The position numbers and the translations under genes were made by a program. 64,000 nt of DNA from a virus (lineage: Duplodnaviria; Caudoviricetes), in IMG/VR virus record IMGVR_UViG_3300020036_009553, positions 64,416 to 128,415 of that record, one strand, 5' to 3'. This document shows, one piece after another, positions 1 through 8,066 of this stretch. Below the pieces are notes generated by a model that saw only the letters and a list, made by a program, of their open reading frames with translations, was not told the DNA's origin and did not search any database. The stretch's first letter is position 1; every line of letters begins with the position of its first letter.

Positions 1-1
1 C

Positions 2-30
2 ATTATCTCACAAAACAAACAAAAAAACAA
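2..30 (-). promoter_or_regulatory. leftward sigma70-type promoter (target gene outside window)
   Basis: minus strand TTGTTT-N17-GATAAT; same gtgaGATAATg context as the promoter at 1686-1714. Confidence 0.5.
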
Positions 31-126
31 CTACTTTTTCAAACATACAGTCTCTCATTAAATAACAACACCATACTACAATCCAACACACCATTCAACA
101 ACTCTAATTCTAAATGAACAGTCCTG

Positions 127-155
127 TTGATTTTAATAGAGAGATATTGTATAAT
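127..155 (+). promoter_or_regulatory. sigma70-type early promoter P1
   Basis: TTGATT-N17-TATAAT upstream of the leader/RBS of the ORF at 191. Confidence 0.8.
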
Positions 156-190
156 GGTTTCATCAACTGACAACACACAAGGAGATTCAA

Positions 191-427
191 ATGACCAGAT
201 TGTTATTCCTTGAAATCAACCTGTACACAGGGAGTGTTGAAGATGTAAAACAACTGGAGAACGACAACAGACCACTCAAGGATCAATTGGATGATTATCT
301 TATGTCCGAGTCGGAGTGGGAACAAGTCCCTAGTTCAAATCCTTATTACCAAATCCACCAAACCAAAACGTCCGTCACTTTCCAGGGAGAGGAAGGATCG
401 TTCCAATTGCTCCTTGTTGATCTGTAA
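191..427 (+). CDS. hypothetical early protein (78 aa)
   Basis: own promoter, AAGGAG RBS. Confidence 0.8.
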   Translation: MTRLLFLEINLYTGSVEDVKQLENDNRPLKDQLDDYLMSESEWEQVPSSNPYYQIHQTKTSVTFQGEEGSFQLLLVDL

Positions 428-433
428 AGATTG

Positions 434-473
434 TTGACTTGATGGAGCCATTGTTGTATAATGTCTCCATCAA
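434..473 (+). promoter_or_regulatory. early promoter P2 inside a 14-bp inverted repeat
   Basis: TTGACT(434)-N17-TATAAT(457); arms 439-452 and 460-473, one mismatch. Confidence 0.85.
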
Positions 474-497
474 CTGACAACAACCAAGGAGATTCAA

Positions 498-782
498 ATG
501 ATCAAGGTGTTGTATCGTGAAGGCGATGTTCATTCCACAGAGGAACTGGCAGAATTCTCAGTTGCTGGTTGTTTGGCTTCAATCAATCTGACACAAGACG
601 ATTGTGTTCCTGAGAACGATGACGATGCAACAGCATTGACTGTTCAGTCGTATGATATCGGTGGTCGCAACGACTCCTGTCGCCAACCAAGTCGCCGTGA
701 TCAATTGGTTGTGGTGTGCTATTCCAATAGCGATGGCGAACTTAGGACATGGACTGGTCCTGCTTCTTGTTTTGTGGGCTGA
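498..782 (+). CDS. hypothetical early protein (94 aa)
   Basis: own promoter, AAGGAG RBS. Confidence 0.8.
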   Translation: MIKVLYREGDVHSTEELAEFSVAGCLASINLTQDDCVPENDDDATALTVQSYDIGGRNDSCRQPSRRDQLVVVCYSNSDGELRTWTGPASCFVG

Positions 783-784
783 TG

Positions 785-824
785 TTGACTTGATGGAGTC
801 ATTGGAGTATAATGGCTCCATCAA
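785..824 (+). promoter_or_regulatory. early promoter P3 inside a 14-bp inverted repeat
   Basis: TTGACT(785)-N17-TATAAT(808); arms 790-803 and 811-824, one G:T pair. Confidence 0.85.
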
Positions 825-848
825 CTGACAACACACAAGGAGATTCAA

Positions 849-1373
849 ATGAACTTCGCCATTCTCGAAGAACTGATGAAAGAAGTCAATGGTGCGACGT
901 TCGTATCGATCGATACGATCACGAGCGTGACGTTACCAGGTGGCAAGAAAAACGAGTTCAATGGTCGTGTGACGAAGTTGGTGGAAGGATCGTCGGTCAT
1001 GGTCTTTCAAAACAAGAACTCGAATGCTTACGAGAACATGGTCAACAGGAGACTGGAGAAGGAGGGAGTTTCAGTCGCAACGTTCAAAGTCGGTCCTCGT
1101 GCGTGGGGCACTCGTATCCAAGATACTCCATTCGTCGAACACAACGGACAGATGTACCTTGAAGTCATCTTCCTTCACGCAGGGGAAGCATCGTACCTGC
1201 TCGACGGCCAAAAGACAACAGACCCACGCTGCATTCCTCCTTCGAAGGAAACTGGTGAAGGGAACGGTTTCGAGCAGGGCGGCTTGAACAACAAGGTGAT
1301 TATTCGTACCTACAAGGTCGATTCCATCGTCGGCATTACGATCAACAAACAGCGATTCGAGATCAAGAGGTAA
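849..1373 (+). CDS. hypothetical early phage protein (174 aa)
   Basis: own promoter and RBS; many C-ending codons (TTC, AAC, ATC, GTC). Confidence 0.85.
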   Translation: MNFAILEELMKEVNGATFVSIDTITSVTLPGGKKNEFNGRVTKLVEGSSVMVFQNKNSNAYENMVNRRLEKEGVSVATFKVGPRAWGTRIQDTPFVEHNGQMYLEVIFLHAGEASYLLDGQKTTDPRCIPPSKETGEGNGFEQGGLNNKVIIRTYKVDSIVGITINKQRFEIKR

Positions 1374-1377
1374 CATA

Positions 1378-1437
1378 ATGTTGCATTCTCCTCTTCGATA
1401 TTGTACAATGACTTCTTTGAAGAGGAGAATGCAACAT
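1378..1437 (+). promoter_or_regulatory. early promoter P4 inside a perfect 19-bp inverted repeat covering the -35 and the RBS/ATG
   Basis: TTGCAT(1381)-N17-TACAAT(1404); atgttgcattctcctcttc (1378-1396) / gaagaggagaatgcaacat (1419-1437). Confidence 0.85.
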
Positions 1438-1678
1438 GGTACAAAGAATCAAAGTACAGGGAAGGCTTTGTGTGTATCGTGATGGACACATTAAGCAGTT
1501 TCTTGCTGCGGAATTAATCGTGGGAAGGGAACGGTTTCATTATTATCCCTGTCCGAAATGTTTTGAGGATCTCGTCACTGCCCTTGATAATGAGTGTGAC
1601 ATTGAAGTTGTGGTGAATGGTGGAGATGATGTGTGGGTGAGAGGTCGTAATCCGAGAAATCCGAAACGATTGTCATGA
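1436..1678 (+). CDS. hypothetical early protein (80 aa, CPKC motif)
   Basis: GAGGAG RBS, own promoter. Confidence 0.75.
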   Translation: MVQRIKVQGRLCVYRDGHIKQFLAAELIVGRERFHYYPCPKCFEDLVTALDNECDIEVVVNGGDDVWVRGRNPRNPKRLS

Positions 1679-1681
1679 TTT

Positions 1682-1737
1682 TTTCTTGACTTGAAAGAAT
1701 TGATGTGAGATAATGAACGTTCTTTTAAGTTGAGGAG
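1682..1737 (+). promoter_or_regulatory. early promoter P5 with a G:T-rich 18-bp fold-back onto the RBS
   Basis: TTGACT(1686)-N17-GATAAT(1709); arms 1682-1699 and 1720-1737. Confidence 0.75.
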
Positions 1738-1744
1738 AAACAAC

Positions 1745-1930
1745 ATGAACACCATCACCCCCCTTTCCAACGATTTATATGTGTACTTTGATGCAACTGG
1801 TGCAGGAAGCATGCCTAGTGTTGTTGCAGGCCCCTTTCCTACACAAGAAGCGGCCGATCAATACATGATCGCTGAAGGGATGACTGATCCTCAGTTGTAC
1901 TTCACCGATGTCCTGTACGACGAGGAATAA
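1745..1930 (+). CDS. hypothetical early protein (61 aa; start moved to ATG 1745)
   Basis: GAGGAG RBS before ATG 1745. Confidence 0.75.
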   Translation: MNTITPLSNDLYVYFDATGAGSMPSVVAGPFPTQEAADQYMIAEGMTDPQLYFTDVLYDEE

Positions 1931-1939
1931 AAAGCAGCG

Positions 1940-1968
1940 TTGTATCTTCTTCAGTAAGGTTGTATAAT
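1940..1968 (+). promoter_or_regulatory. early promoter P6
   Basis: TTGTAT-N17-TATAAT; imperfect fold-back onto the RBS. Confidence 0.75.
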
Positions 1969-1992
1969 GTCTTCTTTGACGAGGAGAGACAA

Positions 1993-2313
1993 ATGAAAAA
2001 TATCACCTGCGAGTGTATCACACTTCAAGTTCAGGGAGATGGAAAAGTTTTGGTGTTTGATGGGTTCGACAGGTTTGATATTAAAATGTTGACGAATGGA
2101 CAGGGCGCCGGCGATTGTGTCAAAGAACAAATTTTTGAAATGAAGGAGTTTTTGGCTGAGGAAGAGGTTGAATTTGATGAAAATGAGTTCAAACAGAAAG
2201 AGGAGGAGTTCTTTGCGTTGCTGGGGCAAAAAAAGAACGACAACGTGATGAAAATCGTTTTGTGGAGTAGTGAATATGATAGTGCGGTAAGTGTGATGTA
2301 TCTGAAAGAATGA
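1993..2313 (+). CDS. hypothetical acidic early protein (106 aa; start moved to ATG 1993)
   Basis: GAGGAG RBS before ATG 1993. Confidence 0.75.
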   Translation: MKNITCECITLQVQGDGKVLVFDGFDRFDIKMLTNGQGAGDCVKEQIFEMKEFLAEEEVEFDENEFKQKEEEFFALLGQKKNDNVMKIVLWSSEYDSAVSVMYLKE

Positions 2314-2328
2314 AGTAGTTATGAGACA

Positions 2329-2362
2329 ACAATAAAGGGAGATCTCAGTCTCCCTTTATTGT
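2329..2362. terminator. bidirectional intrinsic terminator between convergent genes
   Basis: perfect 14-bp stem acaataaagggaga / tctccctttattgt, 6-nt loop. Confidence 0.85.
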
Positions 2363-2377
2363 GTGGTGATGTGATCG

Positions 2378-2689
2378 TTACTTCACTACTTTGGGACGAT
2401 GTGCACAGTAAAAGATGACTGCCACCACACATTCATCCGAATTAACGAACACGGTAGTGATGGTTCCTTCCCCCACTGATGCGAAACGATCACGGAGATG
2501 ATGTGTACGATCAATGACGACATCATCTCCCTTCTTGTTGAGGAACTTCAACACCGTGTCTTCGAGGAGGGAGAGATCATTACCCACCCAGTCGATGGTG
2601 TGAGTGTCCTCACCACCTCCGACGATGATAGGATCGAGGACACTACCACACTGACAGTTGTGTGAACATCCATACCGATATGACTTCAT
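2378..2689 (-). CDS. hypothetical early protein (103 aa, N-terminal CSHNCQC; start moved to ATG 2689)
   Basis: GAGGAG RBS and promoter directly upstream. Confidence 0.75.
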   Translation of the reverse strand: MKSYRYGCSHNCQCGSVLDPIIVGGGEDTHTIDWVGNDLSLLEDTVLKFLNKKGDDVVIDRTHHLRDRFASVGEGTITTVFVNSDECVVAVIFYCAHRPKVVK

Positions 2690-2714
2690 GTCTACTCCTC
2701 TCATTAAAGAAGTC

Positions 2715-2775
2715 ATTATACATCATTGTGAGTCGTGAGTCAACTGTTGACTTCTTTGATTGAATGATGTATAAT
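2715..2775. promoter_or_regulatory. back-to-back divergent sigma70 promoters
   Basis: minus TTGACT(2743-2738)-N17-TATAAT(2720-2715); plus TTGACT(2747)-N17-TATAAT(2770); the -35 boxes form the palindrome agtcaac-t-gttgact. Confidence 0.85.
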
Positions 2776-2905
2776 GTAGTCTAATGAGTGAGAGATAGAT
2801 TAAGAGAAAAGTTAAACAGGGCAGTCGAGTTATATACAAATATATAGACGATGGTCGTGTATGTCAGGTACCTGGTACACGTTCATATATCAATTTATTT
2901 TCCAC

Positions 2906-2983
2906 ATTCCAATTTAACATTTCCATCCACATTCCAACTCAACAATTCCAATTTAACATTTCCATCCACATTCCAATTTAACA
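2906..2983. repeat. 39-bp tandem duplication in a G-free tract
   Basis: 2906-2944 vs 2945-2983, 2 mismatches; internal attccaa sub-repeats. Confidence 0.9.
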
Positions 2984-3102
2984 ATTCTGAAACAATATTT
3001 TTAAAAATCTCGTTTTCAAAAATTTTTTTTGAAATTTTTTACCCGTGAAAATGGGTTTCTCTCTGCACCACTTATCCAATAGTTATAGGAGCATTATTAA
3101 AA

Positions 3103-3954
3103 ATGACCACATTTATTAGTCCGCAACGACACAATATCGCTACTATTGAGGGTGATGTGATCGTGAAAATCAACAATCAACAATTTCTCACGACCACTGC
3201 ATATTTCACAAAAAATAAAAATAATTCCGATTCCTTTTATGCTGGGCAATGCAGTAAGACTGGTCGGTGTTCCAAAATGTTATCAGCCGCAAAAATAACT
3301 GTACCACACAAAGCAACAACTGAATTCTTTCTGGATCTGGTCGATTCTGTTATTGATAATGTCACATCAAATTACACACGTATTCCTGCCCCAGTCCGTA
3401 CTATATCCCTATGGGGAGCTATCTGGATTTTCATTTCTGAAATCGACGAGCGTTGCAATTTGCATATCACTTGTGCGATTTATCCGGATCGGCTTACTGC
3501 GATCCCAATGAATGTTGGAGATGGAGCGTTTTATTGGGGGGTAGATGAGGAAACACATTTTATTACAAAGAAAGAAGAACTCAAGAAAGAAGGAACAACG
3601 TCCCCAAAAAATGAAATTAAATTCATTCATGGTCGGTGGTATGATACTCGCGTGGGGGAGGGGAATAGTGGGCTTGTACCAACTGGGGGATATACTATTG
3701 CATATCGTGACAATGGGAATGGGACATATACATTTGGTGGAACGCGGTGTAGTGAAGATGATGTGTTCTGTAAACAGACGGGTCGGGATGTTGCTGCAGT
3801 CAGGTTGAATACAGCAAGATTTTCAAATGGAACGAAACAGTCACATACGATTGAGTGTTTATCAGATAAAGTCTTCTATGATGGTGTGGTGAAGGCGTTT
3901 GCTTCACTGGTGTATCCACGACAACGACATTATACACTGAGAACAAAAAAATAA
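3103..3954 (+). CDS. hypothetical protein, paralog family A
   Basis: C-terminal KFIHGRW...GGYTIAYRDNGNGT...RCSEDDVFCKQTGRDVA..RL shared with 3995 and 5349. Confidence 0.85.
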   Translation: MTTFISPQRHNIATIEGDVIVKINNQQFLTTTAYFTKNKNNSDSFYAGQCSKTGRCSKMLSAAKITVPHKATTEFFLDLVDSVIDNVTSNYTRIPAPVRTISLWGAIWIFISEIDERCNLHITCAIYPDRLTAIPMNVGDGAFYWGVDEETHFITKKEELKKEGTTSPKNEIKFIHGRWYDTRVGEGNSGLVPTGGYTIAYRDNGNGTYTFGGTRCSEDDVFCKQTGRDVAAVRLNTARFSNGTKQSHTIECLSDKVFYDGVVKAFASLVYPRQRHYTLRTKK

Positions 3955-3994
3955 TTTTTACAAAAATACCAAATACCAAAGGATAAATCTCACA

Positions 3995-4798
3995 ATGAGT
4001 ACACATACCTCCCCTGTCCAAAAACATAACATCCCGGAGATTCCGGGCGATGTTATTGTAACGATTAATAATCGTCAATTGTATTCTGTTGCTTCATTGA
4101 TAACAATATACAATCCAGAGTTGATTCGTCATGAAGCGTATTCTACTCCTGTTAGGAAGAATGATTCGACCCCATCCCCAATGTCTCCATTGCAAGAGGC
4201 TGCAATTCAATTCATTATCAGCACAATGCAGCGGTATATTGAAGATATTACAAATAATTTTACCCAAATTCCTGATCATGTTCGGGTAATGTCAACGGGG
4301 GGAATTGTTTGGGTAATTAATTCGTCCGTCGAGCAATCGAATTTGCACATTGATTGTTCTATTTATTTGGATGCGTATATTGCGTGTTTGTATACACCAG
4401 AAATCGTGGGAGGATCCAAAACGATGGAAGATACGCAAATTATCATTACAAATGCATCTGCTCAATCACCGGCGAAATCTGAAATTAAATTCATTCATGG
4501 TCGGTGGCATGATAGTGATGGCTCTATTATTTCAAAGGGTGGGTGCACGATTGCGTTTCGGGATAATGGAGATGGAACATATACCTTTGCTACATCTCAG
4601 TGCAGTAATGATGACGCTTTTAATAAACAAGTTGGTCGCGACCTCGCTGCGGAGCGGTTGGAAGAAGGGTCGGTGGCAAAAACTGTTGCCGTGAAGTCTA
4701 ATGTGACGAATAGCGATCAGTTTCGACATATTACGTCACTGTTCTTCCATACAATGCATCATCGTAAACATCCGCAATATTATATGGCAGCAAAATGA
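3995..4798 (+). CDS. hypothetical protein, paralog family A
   Basis: full-length similarity to 3103..3954. Confidence 0.85.
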   Translation: MSTHTSPVQKHNIPEIPGDVIVTINNRQLYSVASLITIYNPELIRHEAYSTPVRKNDSTPSPMSPLQEAAIQFIISTMQRYIEDITNNFTQIPDHVRVMSTGGIVWVINSSVEQSNLHIDCSIYLDAYIACLYTPEIVGGSKTMEDTQIIITNASAQSPAKSEIKFIHGRWHDSDGSIISKGGCTIAFRDNGDGTYTFATSQCSNDDAFNKQVGRDLAAERLEEGSVAKTVAVKSNVTNSDQFRHITSLFFHTMHHRKHPQYYMAAK

Positions 4799-5040
4799 AA
4801 AAAATTTTAAATCGATTATTCTTTTGTACTGATAAACCTCAGCGGAATGGTGAGGAGAGGGATCGGGATATCCCTCCACGCGCTCATAGAAATCCTCCTC
4901 GTTGGGCGTGCATATTGATAACAATATTGGCAATTGTTATATTTGGTTATGCGTTGTTTTCGTTGATGCGGTTGTTTCACGAATTGATTTATAATGAATT
5001 TTACTATCATAGATCTGTCCATTTGTTCTACATTAGATAG
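4795..5040 (+). CDS. small predicted membrane protein
   Basis: ATGA overlap with upstream gene; one hydrophobic segment. Confidence 0.6.
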   Translation: MKKILNRLFFCTDKPQRNGEERDRDIPPRAHRNPPRWACILITILAIVIFGYALFSLMRLFHELIYNEFYYHRSVHLFYIR

Positions 5041-5052
5041 GGAGAGTGCCAA

Positions 5053-5283
5053 GTGACATATTCCAACTTTATTAAATTGTTGATTGTTGGGTTGATTTGT
5101 TGTCAACCTAGTTATGGGCAGACAACACAGCCAACGACAACCAGGGGAGAGTCAGCAAGTGAGACACAACGGCGGTGGCAAGCAGAGGAACGGGCAGCGA
5201 ATGAAAAGCGTGCGAATGATGCTCACCGTCGGGCGGAAGAACGGCACTGGAAACAGATGGAACAAAAAAATAAACAGAAATAA
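5053..5283 (+). CDS. small protein with a predicted signal peptide and charged helix
   Basis: GGAG RBS, GTG start, hydrophobic N-terminus. Confidence 0.6.
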   Translation: MTYSNFIKLLIVGLICCQPSYGQTTQPTTTRGESASETQRRWQAEERAANEKRANDAHRRAEERHWKQMEQKNKQK

Positions 5284-5287
5284 TATG

Positions 5288-5316
5288 TTGACATGTCGCG
5301 CAATCTATTAGATAAT
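5288..5316 (+). promoter_or_regulatory. sigma70-type promoter
   Basis: TTGACA-N17-GATAAT. Confidence 0.75.
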
Positions 5317-5348
5317 ACCTGCATTATGAATAGGAGTAATTAAATATA

Positions 5349-6197
5349 ATGAATACGAATACAGATAATTCTTTGAAGAACAATGAGATTAAACTGCTCG
5401 AAAGTACACCACGAGTTATGATTAACCCCGATCAATTGGATCGTGCGGTCAGTTGGATTGTTTTGTTAGATGAATTGTACGCCACTGCTCGAGAAACGGG
5501 TAAACCATCGCCGACTGTCGATCGTGCCACACAACAAGCACAGGTAAAAACATTGGCTGAATTACTGACACAATTGATTCATAGGCAGGTGAAAAAGGAT
5601 ACAAATAATCATCAACATGTACCGGTTATGGCAAGGTCAAGTTTTGAGTATGGTAATATTTCGGTAATAATTGATTATGTTGTTTCTCCAGGGATTGAAC
5701 ATACCATTTCTCCGGGGACTACGCCGTTGGCAAGTACGTATTCGCGGTATCACTTGACGGCGGATGTCACTATATCTGATGCGTTTTCCAAGTGGACGGC
5801 AGAAATTTTTCGAATCCCCACCCCCGTTGTTGCTCCTAATAAAAATATTGTCAAGACCGATATCACAACTTATGATCAATCAGATTTGGCCCGGATGAAA
5901 TTCCTCCACGCGAGGTGGGCGGATGTAAATGAGCCAGATCCGAAGAAGCGGCTTCGTCCTAAGGGAGGATATACAATTGCTGTATATGACAACATGGATG
6001 GAACGTTGGTGTATGCTATCTCTCGTTGCAGTGACAATGATTTGTTTTGTAAGAAAACTGGTAGGGATGTTGCTATGAGTAGGTTGGGGAATGGGTACAC
6101 CGTCAAGTGTTCATTCAATGATTTCAGAAAAACGATTTCTCAAATTATCACCACATGGACAGCAGTTAAACCATCCCGCCGCCCCAAAAAGAAATAA
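5349..6197 (+). CDS. hypothetical protein, paralog family A (C-terminal domain only)
   Basis: KFLHARW...GGYTIAVYDN.DGT...RCSDNDLFCKKTGRDVA..RL. Confidence 0.85.
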   Translation: MNTNTDNSLKNNEIKLLESTPRVMINPDQLDRAVSWIVLLDELYATARETGKPSPTVDRATQQAQVKTLAELLTQLIHRQVKKDTNNHQHVPVMARSSFEYGNISVIIDYVVSPGIEHTISPGTTPLASTYSRYHLTADVTISDAFSKWTAEIFRIPTPVVAPNKNIVKTDITTYDQSDLARMKFLHARWADVNEPDPKKRLRPKGGYTIAVYDNMDGTLVYAISRCSDNDLFCKKTGRDVAMSRLGNGYTVKCSFNDFRKTISQIITTWTAVKPSRRPKKK

Positions 6198-6382
6198 TAA
6201 CTTGTGAACTAGCAATAACTGGGCATTATGGAGCAGTTTTTGGGATGACCAATCATTAGGTCAAACAGGGCTTGGGATAAATACAGGGAATGTTTTGAAA
6301 TACAGGTAAGGATGGTTGATATGATGAAATTTTTATATCACACATATTTAATTTTACTCGGTGTTGTTATAGGACTAGCACT

Positions 6383-6592
6383 ATGATCGCTCCCCAATCA
6401 GATAGAATTTATTTGTTGCGACAGCAAGATACTCCTACCCCTTGGGACCTAGATATTCCAGGAGATATTGTAATTGGCTTCACCAATTTGTTGGAAGAAG
6501 CTGAACGATGGGCAGCTAGCACAAATTCTAAATGGACGAGGGCATATACAGGAGTTTTTAAGATGAACCAAAAAATCTTGGATAAACTATGA
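6383..6592 (+). CDS. hypothetical protein
   Basis: ORF with AGGA RBS, coupled to next gene. Confidence 0.55.
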   Translation: MIAPQSDRIYLLRQQDTPTPWDLDIPGDIVIGFTNLLEEAERWAASTNSKWTRAYTGVFKMNQKILDKL

Positions 6593-6861
6593 ATAAAGCG
6601 TTGCTAGCTAACATAATTGGGACAAGACTGGCTGTTTCGTCTAAACAAGGGGGAATGAAAAAGATTCCCTCTTATTCGTTCCGTGGGAGTGAACACAGAT
6701 TACCATCTGTGGACACAGAAGTAACAGGAGGAATGGTCAAACAGGTCATTCCTGCGTATAGTGGGACAGCATGTGTTGGAATATCAACCATGCATAAATC
6801 AAATGCTGTTCCCGTATTCTCAAAACAAGACATTTTAGACATTTCAACCATGCGACGGTAA
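6589..6861 (+). CDS. conserved T4-like phage hypothetical protein
   Basis: C-terminal YSGT..GISTMHKSNAVPVF...DISTMRR motif recalled from T4-like phages. Confidence 0.7.
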   Translation: MNKALLANIIGTRLAVSSKQGGMKKIPSYSFRGSEHRLPSVDTEVTGGMVKQVIPAYSGTACVGISTMHKSNAVPVFSKQDILDISTMRR

Positions 6862-6873
6862 AGGAACCAAATC

Positions 6874-7116
6874 ATGACATTAACAAAAAAACAGCAACTC
6901 TTAATCGGAATTATCATTGTGTCCCTCCTTGGAATTGCCGCTATATGGGTTGGGCCAGCGGTCATTATTTCCATTGTATTATTATCGGCTAGCGTTGGGT
7001 TTGTGGCTGCATATATTCATGCGTCTTTTATGATTCGGGACACCCCCCAAGAAGTATTTACAGATGATATTCCGGTCCTAACCCTCGACGATGAAAATAG
7101 TGAAAAAGGTAGTTGA
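6874..7116 (+). CDS. small membrane protein (two TM segments)
   Basis: AAGGA RBS, hydrophobic N-terminal half. Confidence 0.7.
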   Translation: MTLTKKQQLLIGIIIVSLLGIAAIWVGPAVIISIVLLSASVGFVAAYIHASFMIRDTPQEVFTDDIPVLTLDDENSEKGS

Positions 7117-7141
7117 TTTTTTCCGGGGAATCATGTATCAT
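7113..7141 (+). promoter_or_regulatory. sigma70-type promoter
   Basis: TTGATT-N17-TATCAT. Confidence 0.55.
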
Positions 7142-7175
7142 ATGATTTTCGTTCAATAATCAAAGGAATACAATC

Positions 7176-7310
7176 ATGGATTTTTTAAACATTGAGAAAA
7201 TTGCTGATAAGCATCCAGCGGCACTAACAATCATTATTAATGCTGTTAACATTGCGTTAATGTTGACTGGTGGATTGATCGTTACGATTATTCAAAACCT
7301 GTACGGGTAA
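7176..7310 (+). CDS. 44-aa membrane peptide (not in the ORF track): MDFLNIEKIADKHPAALTIIINAVNIALMLTGGLIVTIIQNLYG
   Basis: AAGGA RBS, upstream promoter, fills the intergenic gap. Confidence 0.65.
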   Translation: MDFLNIEKIADKHPAALTIIINAVNIALMLTGGLIVTIIQNLYG

Positions 7311-7331
7311 TCATTCTTGTGGTGATAAGAA

Positions 7332-8066
7332 ATGAGAATCATTTCTAAATTCAAAGATTATTACGATTATATTGCCCATTTATATGGTAGTGATCCGATG
7401 ATCGTGTATCATCGTAAAGATCTCGACAAAGGGGTAGTAAAAGGTAATGTGTGTTATTATGACACGATCAACATCACCAAAAAGTCATCGTTTGGACATT
7501 TTACATTTAGCGCGCAAGGCAGGTTGTCACCCGATTCAGCAGATTATAAGTGGAGAATGTATGATTTAATGTATCTTTGTATTAATGGATCATCATATCT
7601 CTGCCTGCGGGATACATCAATACCAAAGAGTTCATGGCAATATTATGAAAATATCCCTGGAGCTAGTGAACATGTTACCATCCGGTATTTTAATCCAAAA
7701 AAATGGTATTGGGTTAATACCAAATTAACAATCGGTCAATTAAATGGAACGGTTGTGTTTCCTGAATTGGTAGAAATTTGTAGGGAATTACAAGCTCCAG
7801 TATTTTTATTCAAGGTTAACCATCTCATTGATGATAAGGTAGAGTTTGTTATCGAAGGAAAGGTGCCAGTTCTATCTGAATTGGGGATGGCTAAAATATA
7901 TCCTCCAACGCAATTGTACCAAGACCTATCATATTTCATGGCAAACACAATAAGACCATCTCCTGATACCACCCCTCCTGTCAAATTAACAGATACTCAA
8001 AGAATATCTCAGCGTGGATTTGATTTAGTTACATCTTTTAGAGGACCTCGTAATGGCAAAACGTAA
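7332..8066 (+). CDS. conserved phage hypothetical protein
   Basis: MRIISKFKDYYDY N-terminus; C-terminal GFD..TSFR. Confidence 0.75.
   Translation: MRIISKFKDYYDYIAHLYGSDPMIVYHRKDLDKGVVKGNVCYYDTINITKKSSFGHFTFSAQGRLSPDSADYKWRMYDLMYLCINGSSYLCLRDTSIPKSSWQYYENIPGASEHVTIRYFNPKKWYWVNTKLTIGQLNGTVVFPELVEICRELQAPVFLFKVNHLIDDKVEFVIEGKVPVLSELGMAKIYPPTQLYQDLSYFMANTIRPSPDTTPPVKLTDTQRISQRGFDLVTSFRGPRNGKT

Larger units (their letters stand above)
161..851 (+). repeat. three copies of a 33-bp leader/RBS cassette (161-193, 468-500, 819-851)
   Basis: catcaactgacaaca(ca/ac)caaggagattcaaatg before three consecutive genes; copies 1 and 3 identical. Confidence 0.95.

Noticed and set aside
161-851. 33-bp repeats as a CRISPR array
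   Set aside because: The intervening sequences are whole genes of about 270-320 nt, the repeat contains RBS+ATG, and no cas genes are present.
2851-3048. 65-aa ORF over the repeat tract
   Set aside because: No clear RBS, low-complexity translation of the tandem repeat.
3072-3080. DnaA box-like TTATCCAAT
   Set aside because: Single copy with two mismatches; expected by chance in AT-rich DNA.
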